DNA of 64,000 nt from a virus. The translations under genes were made by a program, and so were the position numbers. The DNA lies in the IMG/VR virus record IMGVR_UViG_3300024346_000011, one strand, 5' to 3'. Positions 36,187-45,567 of this stretch are shown here, piece after piece. Numbering within the stretch: the stretch's first letter is position 1; each line of letters begins with the position of its first letter. The notes under the pieces are model-generated. The model saw only the letters and a program-made list of their open reading frames with translations, had not been told where the DNA came from and searched no databases.

Positions 36187-36235
36187 TATATATTCTTAAT
36201 AAAAAAATGAGTTTTTTCATTTTTTCATTTTTTTT

Positions 36236-36270
36236 CAAAAAAATATTGAGGACCAAAATGGTCCCCAATA
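36236..36270 (-). terminator. Intrinsic terminator after the protease/scaffold gene
   Basis: TATTGGGGACC-ATTTT-GGTCCTCAATA followed by a T tract. Confidence 0.7.
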
Positions 36271-36296
36271 CTTATATTCTTATATATTCAATTGAA

Positions 36297-38339
36297 TTAT
36301 CTGTTGAATCTTTTCTTAAGATCTTCAGCAACGCTTGTTAAATCGTATGGTAATTGCTTAGTTTCTTCTTTAGATTCTTTTACCATTGCGATTTTTTCCA
36401 TGATTGGTGCAACTTCTCTTAAGTCTCTTGTCTGCCAGAAGTTAGCAACCTGGTAAGGAGTATCTAACTTGTGGTATTTAGACTGTGCTAAGATTTGAGA
36501 TTTCTTAGATTCAGATAATTTAGCCCATGTTTCTTTGTATTCAGCTGGCATCATTGTTAATACATTAGGTTGACCTGCAACTGGAGCATCTACGATTAAT
36601 GCATTCTTCCATAAACCTAAGATCTGACCTTCTGTTAAGTAACCTTTACCTTCAACAGCTGATAAAACTTTTGACTTATCTTCTGTAGCTAATTCACTGT
36701 ATTCAGCCTGTACTGATTCAGATACAAATCTGAAGAAGTGTGGATTATCATTCTTCTTTTCAGTAGCCTTATTGATTAATGCTTGTAACTTTTCAGTGAT
36801 TTCATTCTTGTAAGCTTCCATTGCATCTTCTTTTTTCTCGCAAACACATGGTTCTTGACCACATTCTCCGCAAGATTCTACAACTGCTTCAGCTGCTTCA
36901 GCTTCTTCTTCAACTTTATAAGTCTTACCGTCGAATTCGAATTCTTCTTCACCAGCTTCTTTAGCCTTTCTTACAGCATCACCAAATGCATTACCTTCAG
37001 CAATTTCTTCGCCTGCTGCATCACCTTCACCTTCTAATTCAAGGTCTTTCTCAACATTAACTGGCTCTTCAACATCGTTATCAACTTCTTTAGTTTCATC
37101 TTTTAAATCTTCAGCTGGTAAACCTGCTTCTTCGCCTGCTTCTTCAGTGATTTCTTCGCCTGCAGCATCACCTTCACCTTCTAATTCAAGGTCTTTCTCA
37201 ACGTTTACTGGCTCTTCAACATCTGAATCAACTACTTTAGTTTCGTCTTCTAATTCTTCAGCTGGTAAACCTGCTTCGTCTTCTAATAATAAGTTAGAGT
37301 TAACCGTTTCAGCAACGTACTCAGCGTACTCAGTAACTGATTGTAAATTTTCTTTTAAGTAATCTACATACTTTAATAAGTTTTCGTGAGTTGTAGCGCC
37401 TTCGTTGTAAGCTTCTGCTAAATAGTTAGTGTATTCTTTAATTTGATTAACACCTTCAGCAATGTGCTCAGAGTATGAGATATTGCTATCAACTTTTTCT
37501 GCAACGTGCTCAGCATAAGAAATTGCCTGATCAGTCTTTTCAGCAACGTGCTCTGAATATTGGATTGATTGGTCTAATTTCTCAGCTAAATAAGTTGCAT
37601 ATTCTTTTAAATTTGAAATTTCTTGAGCAGTCTCATTATTAGTTGCAGATTCCATAGCCTCTTTTAAAGACTTAATCTCTTCTGCAAGATACTGAGAATA
37701 CTTGTTGAAATCTTCAACTGAAATAAATTTTGATTCTGCCATTGTATTATTTTCTTTATTTTTGATAGTTTCAATGTTTTCTAATAAATCTGCTTTACCT
37801 GGAACTTCAAAGATTTGAATTGAATCATCATTTGCAAAACCAAATGATTCGTTCACACGCTTTAATTCAGCGTTTTCAAAACCAGGATCAGCTACTAAAT
37901 CATAGGTGAATAATTGCTTAATCTTTACTTGTCCATTAGATTCAACTGCACCTGCAGCTCTTGATGAGATTTGCAATGGAACTCCAGCATCAACTAAAGC
38001 TTTAGCCTGACGACCTGCATCTGTATCTAATAATCTGATTCGACCTCTGATTTGTTTATTTTCCTTATCGTAAGTGATTTCTTCAATAATGTGAGAAACA
38101 TTCTTTAAGGATACATCAAAATTTTGTGGGTGATCTAATTCACCTAAAAGCTTTGATGCTTTAATTTTATCTTGTAGTGCTTCAATTTGTGGTAAGTATT
38201 CTTCAGCTGAATAGATGCGATTATTTCTGTTCTTCTTATCTAATTCACCAAAAATACCTTCTAAAACATAAGCACCGCCATCTGATTTAAATGTTAATTC
38301 AGATGAAGATCTTTCCAAGATTAGTAAATCTTTGTTCAT
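36297..38339 (-). CDS. gp21: Prohead protease (gp21-like) fused to an acidic scaffold domain
   Basis: NRNNRIY, LGELDHP, VSH, ISSRAAG, YDLVADPG, followed by a long acidic coiled coil with 11-aa repeats. Confidence 0.9.
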   Translation of the reverse strand: MNKDLLILERSSSELTFKSDGGAYVLEGIFGELDKKNRNNRIYSAEEYLPQIEALQDKIKASKLLGELDHPQNFDVSLKNVSHIIEEITYDKENKQIRGRIRLLDTDAGRQAKALVDAGVPLQISSRAAGAVESNGQVKIKQLFTYDLVADPGFENAELKRVNESFGFANDDSIQIFEVPGKADLLENIETIKNKENNTMAESKFISVEDFNKYSQYLAEEIKSLKEAMESATNNETAQEISNLKEYATYLAEKLDQSIQYSEHVAEKTDQAISYAEHVAEKVDSNISYSEHIAEGVNQIKEYTNYLAEAYNEGATTHENLLKYVDYLKENLQSVTEYAEYVAETVNSNLLLEDEAGLPAEELEDETKVVDSDVEEPVNVEKDLELEGEGDAAGEEITEEAGEEAGLPAEDLKDETKEVDNDVEEPVNVEKDLELEGEGDAAGEEIAEGNAFGDAVRKAKEAGEEEFEFDGKTYKVEEEAEAAEAVVESCGECGQEPCVCEKKEDAMEAYKNEITEKLQALINKATEKKNDNPHFFRFVSESVQAEYSELATEDKSKVLSAVEGKGYLTEGQILGLWKNALIVDAPVAGQPNVLTMMPAEYKETWAKLSESKKSQILAQSKYHKLDTPYQVANFWQTRDLREVAPIMEKIAMVKESKEETKQLPYDLTSVAEDLKKRFNR
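36998..37277 (-). repeat. Direct repeat with a 147-nt period in the scaffold domain
   Basis: EAGLPAE..DETK.VD.DVEEPVNVEKDLELEGEGDAAGEEI occurs twice. Confidence 0.85.
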
Positions 38340-38365
38340 ACTATGATATTATTTATATTTGTTAA

Positions 38366-38373
38366 TATATATC
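38366..38373 (-). promoter_or_regulatory. Late promoter GATATATA
   Basis: Upstream of the protease gene. Confidence 0.7.
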
Positions 38374-38408
38374 CTATTAAAAAATAGGGTTTTTTCAAAA
38401 AAGTTTTT

Positions 38409-38753
38409 TTAAAGGCCAGCAAGAGGATCATCTCCTCCTTCTTCTTCTTTTTTCTTAGCTTCTTCCTCTTCAGTTTCTTTAGCAGTGACTTCTTCTAAAT
38501 AATCATTAAAATACTTTACTAAAGATGCTATATCGGCTTCTGTGAATGCTGTCATGCTGTATTGATTATAGAAATAATCTAAAAATTCATCTTCTGATTC
38601 ACAAGATACCATTGCTCCTACGATTTCAGTTGATTTAATTTCTAAACCACTATCACATGTATAATCATCTACAGTAACCTTAGAATCTTTAGGTGTCATT
38701 GCTTCTTCTTTTAAAGATTCAATAAATTCTTCGTATAATTTGATTCTTTTCAT
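38409..38753 (-). CDS. Acidic prohead core protein (gp67/68 position) with a CTS-like leader
   Basis: Between portal and protease; MKRIKLYEEFIESLKE. Confidence 0.6.
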   Translation of the reverse strand: MKRIKLYEEFIESLKEEAMTPKDSKVTVDDYTCDSGLEIKSTEIVGAMVSCESEDEFLDYFYNQYSMTAFTEADIASLVKYFNDYLEEVTAKETEEEEAKKKEEEGGDDPLAGL

Positions 38754-38770
38754 ATTATTAAACTATTCTT

Positions 38771-40369
38771 TTAAAATCCTAAACCGCCCATTGGGTCTGC
38801 TTCAGGCTCTTGAGCGTCTTTTGCTGCTTTACGAGCTTTATACGCTGCGTTTCTTTGTTTATCATCATCAGACAATTTCAAGTAACGATCAACAAGGAAT
38901 TCCATATCAAAATAATAGTTTTCCTCCATTGTTACAGGGTCTGTCTCCATTAATGAATCTTTCAATGAACCGATAAATTCAATTCTACGTTCCATGATTT
39001 CCATATTCTTTAATTCAGCAAACATGTTCTCTTCTTGGAATTGCAGAGAAATTTGTGTTTTGAATGCTGGATCGTTCTCGAAATCAGGGAACTTTAAGCA
39101 CATTTGAATATAAAGTGGCTTAACTAAAATCTCTTGGAATGTAGATCTTAAACGTTTGATAAATTTAGCAAACTTGATTTCGTCACGAATCATACCATCA
39201 GCTGCTAAGTTAAATTCGCCGCCGCCGTCTTCATATAAGAATCTATTGAATGGAATCTTAGAAACTGCCTTTAATTTATCAGAGAAGTATTTAAGTGCTT
39301 CTGTATCTGATAATTCTGGACCTTCACCACCGAGTGTTTCGATTTCTGGTGATTCGCCGTCTTTAGAAGGTAACCAATATTCCTTATTAAATTGAAGCAT
39401 TGGTCGGCCATTAGTATTAAGAGAAGCTGAATCCCAATCAAAGTCTACAACTTCTTTATAGTTACTCATCAATTGTGCAAGAGATTGTTTTGCTCTTGTT
39501 TTAGATTTACCGCCTACAGGAATAATGAACTTCATTCTGTAAGATGAGTTTGTTACCGCCCAAATAACTCTTGTATGCTCCATAATGCGAAGCAAGTTAA
39601 ATGCTCTAACAAGTCTCTCTAAGTATGAAACTCTTGATGCTGTAGTAATTGATGAATAAGAAATATAAATGATCTGAGAATCATATAATGTTCTCTCCTT
39701 CATTGGATTATCCTTAAACTGAGTCCAAACTTTCTTACCATCTTCTTTATTATAACCTGGTACAAGTGTAATTGGATCAATTTCTTTAAAGCCAATAATT
39801 TCAGTTTGTTCTGGATTGTAGATAATTTCAAACGCAAGATAACCATCAATTAAGAACTTTCTAAAGTAGTACCATGCTGATTGATCTTGTGTAAAACCAA
39901 AGTATTGATAGATTTGCTTAAATGCTTTTTGTAAATACTTATCAACTTCTTCTGGAACATCCATTCCAATTAATTCAGGTGAAGCAATAAAATTTTTGTT
40001 ATCATATACAATTGACTCATCACAAAGAATATCAAGAATATCTTCAATCTCGTCGTATGTTGAGAATGCTCTAAGCTCTTCACGCTTGGATTCATAATTT
40101 TTATCGAAGAACGGAATATTCTTACGCATGTTGGTATCTGACATCGATAGAGCTGCAAATGCACCCCATAGATCATCATTATCAACACCCATTTGGTTCA
40201 TCATTCCATAACCGATTGCGTCCTCAATTGGACCAATTGCTTGAGATTGACGTAATACTAAGTCATCATAGAACATACCAAAAGAGCTCAACTTTTTAAG
40301 TTGATCCCTTAGTGTGAATGGTCTTTTGCCCGTACTGAATGGGCCATTTCTTTCTACAAATCCTGCCAT
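38771..40369 (-). CDS. gp20: Portal protein
   Basis: FLIDG, SYLE, LRIME, YWLP...EIETLGG, IRDEIKFAKFIKRLR, FAELK..E. Confidence 0.95.
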   Translation of the reverse strand: MAGFVERNGPFSTGKRPFTLRDQLKKLSSFGMFYDDLVLRQSQAIGPIEDAIGYGMMNQMGVDNDDLWGAFAALSMSDTNMRKNIPFFDKNYESKREELRAFSTYDEIEDILDILCDESIVYDNKNFIASPELIGMDVPEEVDKYLQKAFKQIYQYFGFTQDQSAWYYFRKFLIDGYLAFEIIYNPEQTEIIGFKEIDPITLVPGYNKEDGKKVWTQFKDNPMKERTLYDSQIIYISYSSITTASRVSYLERLVRAFNLLRIMEHTRVIWAVTNSSYRMKFIIPVGGKSKTRAKQSLAQLMSNYKEVVDFDWDSASLNTNGRPMLQFNKEYWLPSKDGESPEIETLGGEGPELSDTEALKYFSDKLKAVSKIPFNRFLYEDGGGEFNLAADGMIRDEIKFAKFIKRLRSTFQEILVKPLYIQMCLKFPDFENDPAFKTQISLQFQEENMFAELKNMEIMERRIEFIGSLKDSLMETDPVTMEENYYFDMEFLVDRYLKLSDDDKQRNAAYKARKAAKDAQEPEADPMGGLGF

Positions 40370-40404
40370 TATAATATGGTATTAATTTTGTTTATATATT
40401 CCAT

Positions 40405-40992
40405 TTATCTTCGATTAAATAATCGTCTTATTTGGTTTACTGTTGCTCCATTTAACTGAATAAAATCGCAAAGTGCTATTTCTGGCCATTTATTATAACT
40501 TACTACAGTCTGCTGGCTCTTTCGACTTGGTATATATTGCCTAATTGCAAAATCATATCCATATCTTTGTAGATATGATTTCATACCGTCGTATGTTAAT
40601 CTAAGTGGTCGTTGTGTATTTGCATTGGTCTCACGAGCACCTGTCGTTGCTGATTTAATTTGACCACCAAATCTAGAATACAAATCATCTAACAATTGTT
40701 CTTTTAGCATAATCGGTATCAAATTAAGATTTACACCCAAGTCATTACCATCGACCTGTTCAATTGCTAAAACAACTGGATTTTGATCGAACCATGGCAG
40801 ATTTTCCGTAGCTGGATTATATCTAAAAACATAAATCTTGCCGGGTTCGAATCTATCTCTAGTTTGATAAACTTCATTTTCGCGTACTGATCGCTTAGTT
40901 TCATTATACCAAAGTTCAGCCCGTCTTCTAGCAGTAGCCTTAGACCCTGATTCTTTGATTAATTCTCTAATACGACTTTTAACGTAACCCAT
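40405..40992 (-). CDS. DNA end protector protein (gp2-like)
   Basis: PGKIYVFRYNP...LPWFDQNP...GVNLNLIP...IRQY. Confidence 0.7.
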   Translation of the reverse strand: MGYVKSRIRELIKESGSKATARRRAELWYNETKRSVRENEVYQTRDRFEPGKIYVFRYNPATENLPWFDQNPVVLAIEQVDGNDLGVNLNLIPIMLKEQLLDDLYSRFGGQIKSATTGARETNANTQRPLRLTYDGMKSYLQRYGYDFAIRQYIPSRKSQQTVVSYNKWPEIALCDFIQLNGATVNQIRRLFNRR

Positions 40993-41467
40993 TCTTGATA
41001 GTTTCCTCGGTTAGGATAATAAAATTCCAGCCGCGGCTGGTTGCATATTCCTTAGCGGCATTATATTTATCCATATTTTTAACGTACTGCTCAGCCAAGA
41101 ATTTAAATGAATCGAGTGCTTTTTTAGATTTGGTCTTTGGCATTTCTGGAGGTTGAATCTGCGATTTTGGTTTGATCTCAACCAAGTATTCTTTTTCAGT
41201 TCCATCCTGTTGGAGCTGTTTAAAATAAAAGTCTGGATAATAGTTATGAGCTTTATTATCCTTTCTGTACCAATATTTAATTTCAACAGGTTCACTTGAC
41301 CACTTTAAAACTTTATCATTCTTGTCGCACCAAATCATAAACTTATGCTCCCATGAACTCCTATAGATAATTGGAGTTGGGCCAATATATTTTTCAGGAA
41401 ATTGAGGATTGAAATATCCTTGATTGAATCCTGAGTTTTTGGTTGGTTTGACATTCTTTATTGACAT
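40979..41467 (-). CDS. gp4: Head completion nuclease (gp4 / TnsA-like)
   Basis: KYIG..IIYRSSWE..F..WCD...WSSE...YYPDF...VEIKP...TE. Confidence 0.9.
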   Translation of the reverse strand: MSIKNVKPTKNSGFNQGYFNPQFPEKYIGPTPIIYRSSWEHKFMIWCDKNDKVLKWSSEPVEIKYWYRKDNKAHNYYPDFYFKQLQQDGTEKEYLVEIKPKSQIQPPEMPKTKSKKALDSFKFLAEQYVKNMDKYNAAKEYATSRGWNFIILTEETIKNGLR

Positions 41468-41841
41468 TATAAACTATAGATACCGCTATGATCGTCTTCT
41501 CCGCCACCGCCACCGGTGATTGAGATAGTTCCTTTATATTTTACTGGATGAATTTTATTCCAACCTTTAGCATAACCTCGTTTGGCAATTTCAGTAAAGT
41601 ATGCAAATGCATTTGGGTATTTTGGATTAAAGTTTCTCCAATATTTCAAAAGATCTAGAATAGCAAATTGTAAACAATCAAGACGATCATCTTCATTAAC
41701 GTACTTCATTTTATTAATAGCCCTTTCAGCCAAGAGAATAAGCATTTTCTCGGCATTTGAAGTCAGTTTATCCTGATCCAATGATAGGACCATCTCGTCA
41801 TACAGATCCTTATTATTTAAATAATTCTTTTTTCTAGCCAT
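41467..41841 (-). CDS. gp55: Late-transcription sigma factor (gp55-like)
   Basis: NYLNNKDL, NFNPK..NAFAYFTEI. Confidence 0.8.
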   Translation of the reverse strand: MARKKNYLNNKDLYDEMVLSLDQDKLTSNAEKMLILLAERAINKMKYVNEDDRLDCLQFAILDLLKYWRNFNPKYPNAFAYFTEIAKRGYAKGWNKIHPVKYKGTISITGGGGGEDDHSGIYSL

Positions 41842-41861
41842 ATTTTCTAGTTAGTTTAAGA

Positions 41862-41888
41862 TTATACTGAAAAAGTAAAATTTGTTTA
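41862..41888 (-). promoter_or_regulatory. Middle-type promoter TAAAC-N17-TATAA
   Basis: Variant of the motif, upstream of the gp55-like gene. Confidence 0.55.
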
Positions 41889-41890
41889 AA

Positions 41891-41920
41891 AACAAAATAA
41901 GGGAACCGAAGTTCCCTTAT
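41891..41920 (-). terminator. Intrinsic terminator
   Basis: ATAAGGGAAC-TTCG-GTTCCCTTAT followed by TTTGTTTTT. Confidence 0.85.
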
Positions 41921-41950
41921 CTCTTAGTCGAATTTGTGTGTAGTTTGGTG

Positions 41951-42031
41951 TTATGCTAAAATAGTAGCAATCTTTTGCTCCCAAACTTTGATCTCTTCAC
42001 TGATTAACGTATCAGCTGCCTTGATCTCTTC
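41951..42031 (-). pseudogene. Stranded duplicate 3' end of the upstream gene
   Basis: Reads EEIKAADTLISEEIKVWEQKIATILA*; 17 of 21 residues identical to those encoded at 42306-42368; no start codon of its own. Confidence 0.8.
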
Positions 42032-43046
42032 ATAAACCTTTCTTATTCATATTGAAATATTCCTTAGCAACCTGACCATTTAATTTCATCATATCGTAGT
42101 ATTCTTGAGTTGGTGGTTCTGTGTAATATTTATTATGAATAAAATGGCCAACCTCGTCTTTTAAATAAGAAATTTTACTCTTATCTGTCTCCGTTGAGGC
42201 CATGATATTTTGAATTAAAGATGGTAACACTTTTTCTGTTGGAACAAATGCTGCAAATTCTTTAGCCAAATCTTTAACAATTTTGCTCTCATTTAACACA
42301 TTAAAAATCTTGTTTTCCCACATTTTAATCTCGCCAGAAATTAAAGAATCTGCAGCTTTGATTTCTTCGATTGATTTATCTGCTTCAGCTAATAAACCTC
42401 TCTGATCTTTTAAGAAAGCAATCATATCTTCATATTTCTCGATTAAAGCTGCTTTTTCGGCTAATTCTTTAGCCTCACCCTCCAATAATTCTGCTAAGAA
42501 TTTTGTTGCGTCTTGACCTGTTTGTTCTTTTACTAATTCTAAAGCAGCGTTTGCATTTTCAGCTCTATAGAATTTAGCCATTTTAGTGTTTGCATTATAC
42601 TTAGAAACGTATATGCTTTCGTTTACTTTAAATAAGTCAATTGAAACATTCTTGCTTTCAAAAGAAGCAGCAAAATCTAATACAATAAAATTTTGTAGCA
42701 ATGAAGGAATAGATTCAAAAAGATCAGCTACATTTTTATGACCGTATCTTACTGTACCAGCCGCTAAAACGTGATCTGTGAAAGTATTACCTTCAATTAA
42801 CATGTTATTGTGCATAAATACGCCTTCTGATAAATCATAAACGAATTTAACAGCACCATGATACCATTTAACTGAGTTTGTTGTGAATTCGAAAGATTCA
42901 AACGCTTGAATTGCTTTTCTAAGCGATGGTTCAATAGTTTCTACCTCTTCGATAATTGAACCAGTCATTTCGAAAACTCTGCCGTTAACATAGAATTTTA
43001 CTGACTCTTCTAATTTAATAATTGGAGCTAAAATATTAGTCTTCAT
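42030..43046 (-). CDS. Late hypothetical (probably virion) protein with an acquired C-terminal extension
   Basis: Late-promoter variant (AATATATA) upstream; VNE and LNE sites; coiled-coil C-terminal half. Confidence 0.7.
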   Translation of the reverse strand: MKTNILAPIIKLEESVKFYVNGRVFEMTGSIIEEVETIEPSLRKAIQAFESFEFTTNSVKWYHGAVKFVYDLSEGVFMHNNMLIEGNTFTDHVLAAGTVRYGHKNVADLFESIPSLLQNFIVLDFAASFESKNVSIDLFKVNESIYVSKYNANTKMAKFYRAENANAALELVKEQTGQDATKFLAELLEGEAKELAEKAALIEKYEDMIAFLKDQRGLLAEADKSIEEIKAADSLISGEIKMWENKIFNVLNESKIVKDLAKEFAAFVPTEKVLPSLIQNIMASTETDKSKISYLKDEVGHFIHNKYYTEPPTQEYYDMMKLNGQVAKEYFNMNKKGL

Positions 43047-43086
43047 ACTTTTTAAATATTATTTTCTTTTTATATATATTCAATGA

Positions 43087-43878
43087 TTATAAATCATTTT
43101 CATCAATTACATTCTTATCAACTACCTCATTAACTCCAGGCTCTGTTGTTGGAGTAAGATTTGAATTGATTTCAAACATACGATTTCCAATATGTCTTTC
43201 AGTATCCCATTCAAATGATGGAATAAATGATTTGATTTCTAGTGAGAATGCAATCTTATATTTGTCCTTATCTTCAAATGTAAAATCAATTGGTTTTTGA
43301 ACGTCTAAGTCTTCAGGGAATTGATAATATGAAGGTAATCTATATGTGCCCTCGTTTAAGTGACCAACCTCAACTGAATATTGATTTGATTTATACAATT
43401 TTTTAATCATGGACTCAGAGATCTTTAATGCATCCAACATTGAAGTAACTAATACCTCAACCGTTACTGAAACTGTGATTGGAATAGCCTCAAATTCAGC
43501 CGTATAACCTTCCATTGCGCCGTTTGAATTCATCTTAGTGTATTCTCCCATATTGCGCTTATTCACCAAAGAACCTGAATCAATTGAGAATGAATCAAGA
43601 TTTACCACCCCTCTTGGAACTACATCGTAATTACCATCTGCATAAGCCTTATCTGGGTGACAATCTGGGCCGCTAGCTGTTGAGAATAAAAAATTATCTC
43701 TTAGGAATTGGTCATCACCAGTAATTGCATAATAGAATGGAATATCAATTGCCACTCTTTCAGAGTTACTGATTTGACGATAAAAGAACAATTTATTATT
43801 CAAATCTGCCAATAATCCGACAATAATATGTCGAATCACTGAATCATCTGAGTTGTATTTTAAATTATAACTTGCCAT
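43087..43878 (-). CDS. Tail sheath stabilizer / tail terminator (gp15-like)
   Basis: IRHIIVGLL, IPFYY, VPRG, PITV...ALKISE; late promoter upstream. Confidence 0.6.
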   Translation of the reverse strand: MASYNLKYNSDDSVIRHIIVGLLADLNNKLFFYRQISNSERVAIDIPFYYAITGDDQFLRDNFLFSTASGPDCHPDKAYADGNYDVVPRGVVNLDSFSIDSGSLVNKRNMGEYTKMNSNGAMEGYTAEFEAIPITVSVTVEVLVTSMLDALKISESMIKKLYKSNQYSVEVGHLNEGTYRLPSYYQFPEDLDVQKPIDFTFEDKDKYKIAFSLEIKSFIPSFEWDTERHIGNRMFEINSNLTPTTEPGVNEVVDKNVIDENDL

Positions 43879-43882
43879 AGGG

Positions 43883-43890
43883 TATATATC
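43883..43890 (-). promoter_or_regulatory. Late promoter GATATATA
   Basis: Upstream of the gp15-like gene. Confidence 0.65.
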
Positions 43891-43893
43891 CCA

Positions 43894-45567
43894 TTATTCT
43901 ATTGATTCAATCTCAAACTTAGAGAATCCATTCTCACGATAGATTTGAATCTTCTTGTCAAATAATTCGTGTGGAAGTACTGTGTGATTAATAACAAATG
44001 TGTTGATATTACTCTCTTTAATTACTTGTGAAAGAATCTTAAGAATGTTATGAACACCATCAGCATCAACTGAGCTTAATAATTCATCAAGGAATAATAA
44101 GTTCAATTGAGGAAAACGTAGCTTTAAGATCTTAATGATTGCAATAATAACAATAAAATCAGCCTTCTTACGTTCACCTGTTGAAAGGGTCAATGGATTA
44201 ATCTCTTCTCCTAAATGATTAATGATACAATCAAATTTATCATTGAATCTGATATGGAATGGCAAGTGCATGGTCTGACCCATTGCTGCAACATTAGCGT
44301 TCAATCCAGGAAGGATTGTTTGAATTGCTAAGTTCTTAACACCATCTTCGCCAAGAATCTCCTCAAGTGCTTCTAAGAAGTTATATTCACCTGATATTTT
44401 AGTATTGTCTTGAACCTTTGTTTTTTCTTGCTCTTCAAAGTCCTTAATGATTTGCGTTAAATGGTCAAAATCATTACCATTATTTAGGTTATCATTAATC
44501 TTAATCAATTCTTGTTTCAGAGATGTGATTGTAGTATTCATTGAAGAAACTCGATCTCGAACGGTGCGATCTTTTTCTCGCATTTCCCTGATCCTAGTTT
44601 GAATAGCGTCAATATCAACAGAAGCTTCTTTAATCTTATCAGGTATTGATTGGATTTTAGCTTCTAATTCTTTTTTACGCTCTTGATGGAAATCACCAGT
44701 CAATGGAGATTCACAAGTTGGGCATGCATTACTTTCGTATAGGGCTACTTTTTTACGCAAAGATTCCAATTCAAATTCAAGTTGAGATTTGTCATGCTGC
44801 TTTGTTCCAAGATCTTCGTTAAATGTTCCTAAACTTGCAGTGATCTTTTCTTGCGCTTCAGATAGTTTCTTTTTATCCTCAGCTAAACTTGTTAAACGAT
44901 CTTTTAATTCCTGAATTTGAGCCTTATTCTTTTCGTTTGATTCAGCCTTTAGTTGATTCAACTTCATATTAACTGAAACAATATTCTCATTAATTTGTTT
45001 CAGCTCGCGATCATACACATCCAAATCAATCTTAAGATTCTTACGCGCCTCTTTTACAGAGCGTTGCATATCATTCAAGATTGAGAATCCAAACATTCTA
45101 TCAATGATTTGTTTTTTATCAGAATTTGTCATTGTTAAGAATGATTTAAAATCATTAACACTTAAGATGATAATGTTTTTAAATACATGGTATGGAATAC
45201 CAAAGATCTCTTCTTCTAAATATTCTTGAACTGAGCGTTTACCTGCTTTATCAAATTCTACGCCATTTAAACGAACTTCAAATTTAGATGGAGCCAGACC
45301 ACGCTCAATTTCAACCTCAGTATTTTTACACTTTAAATTAATCTTAACCCAAAGTTCTTTATTAATACGGTTTGGTAGGTCAGTTAATTTAACACCTTCA
45401 ATTTTACCGTATAACGCAAATACAATTGCATTGGCAATAGTGGTCTTACCATGACCATTCTTACCAAGTGTTAGGAATAATTCAGAAGCACCTTCAGTAA
45501 ATTCAAGACGCTGAACCTGATTTCCATAACTTGCAAAATTCTTAAACTCTACTGACTTAATCTCCAT
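43894..45567 (-). CDS. gp46: Recombination exonuclease ATPase subunit (SbcC/Rad50-like)
   Basis: FKNFASYGN, GKNGHGKTT, zinc hook CPTC, LSTGE, LFLDE. Confidence 0.95.
   Translation of the reverse strand: MEIKSVEFKNFASYGNQVQRLEFTEGASELFLTLGKNGHGKTTIANAIVFALYGKIEGVKLTDLPNRINKELWVKINLKCKNTEVEIERGLAPSKFEVRLNGVEFDKAGKRSVQEYLEEEIFGIPYHVFKNIIILSVNDFKSFLTMTNSDKKQIIDRMFGFSILNDMQRSVKEARKNLKIDLDVYDRELKQINENIVSVNMKLNQLKAESNEKNKAQIQELKDRLTSLAEDKKKLSEAQEKITASLGTFNEDLGTKQHDKSQLEFELESLRKKVALYESNACPTCESPLTGDFHQERKKELEAKIQSIPDKIKEASVDIDAIQTRIREMREKDRTVRDRVSSMNTTITSLKQELIKINDNLNNGNDFDHLTQIIKDFEEQEKTKVQDNTKISGEYNFLEALEEILGEDGVKNLAIQTILPGLNANVAAMGQTMHLPFHIRFNDKFDCIINHLGEEINPLTLSTGERKKADFIVIIAIIKILKLRFPQLNLLFLDELLSSVDADGVHNILKILSQVIKESNINTFVINHTVLPHELFDKKIQIYRENGFSKFEIESIE

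Noticed and set aside
42032-42368. Group I intron explaining the duplicated 3' end
   Set aside because: The insert is a continuous AT-rich reading frame with no recognisable P7 or other core structure, and it carries its own copy of the downstream coding sequence.
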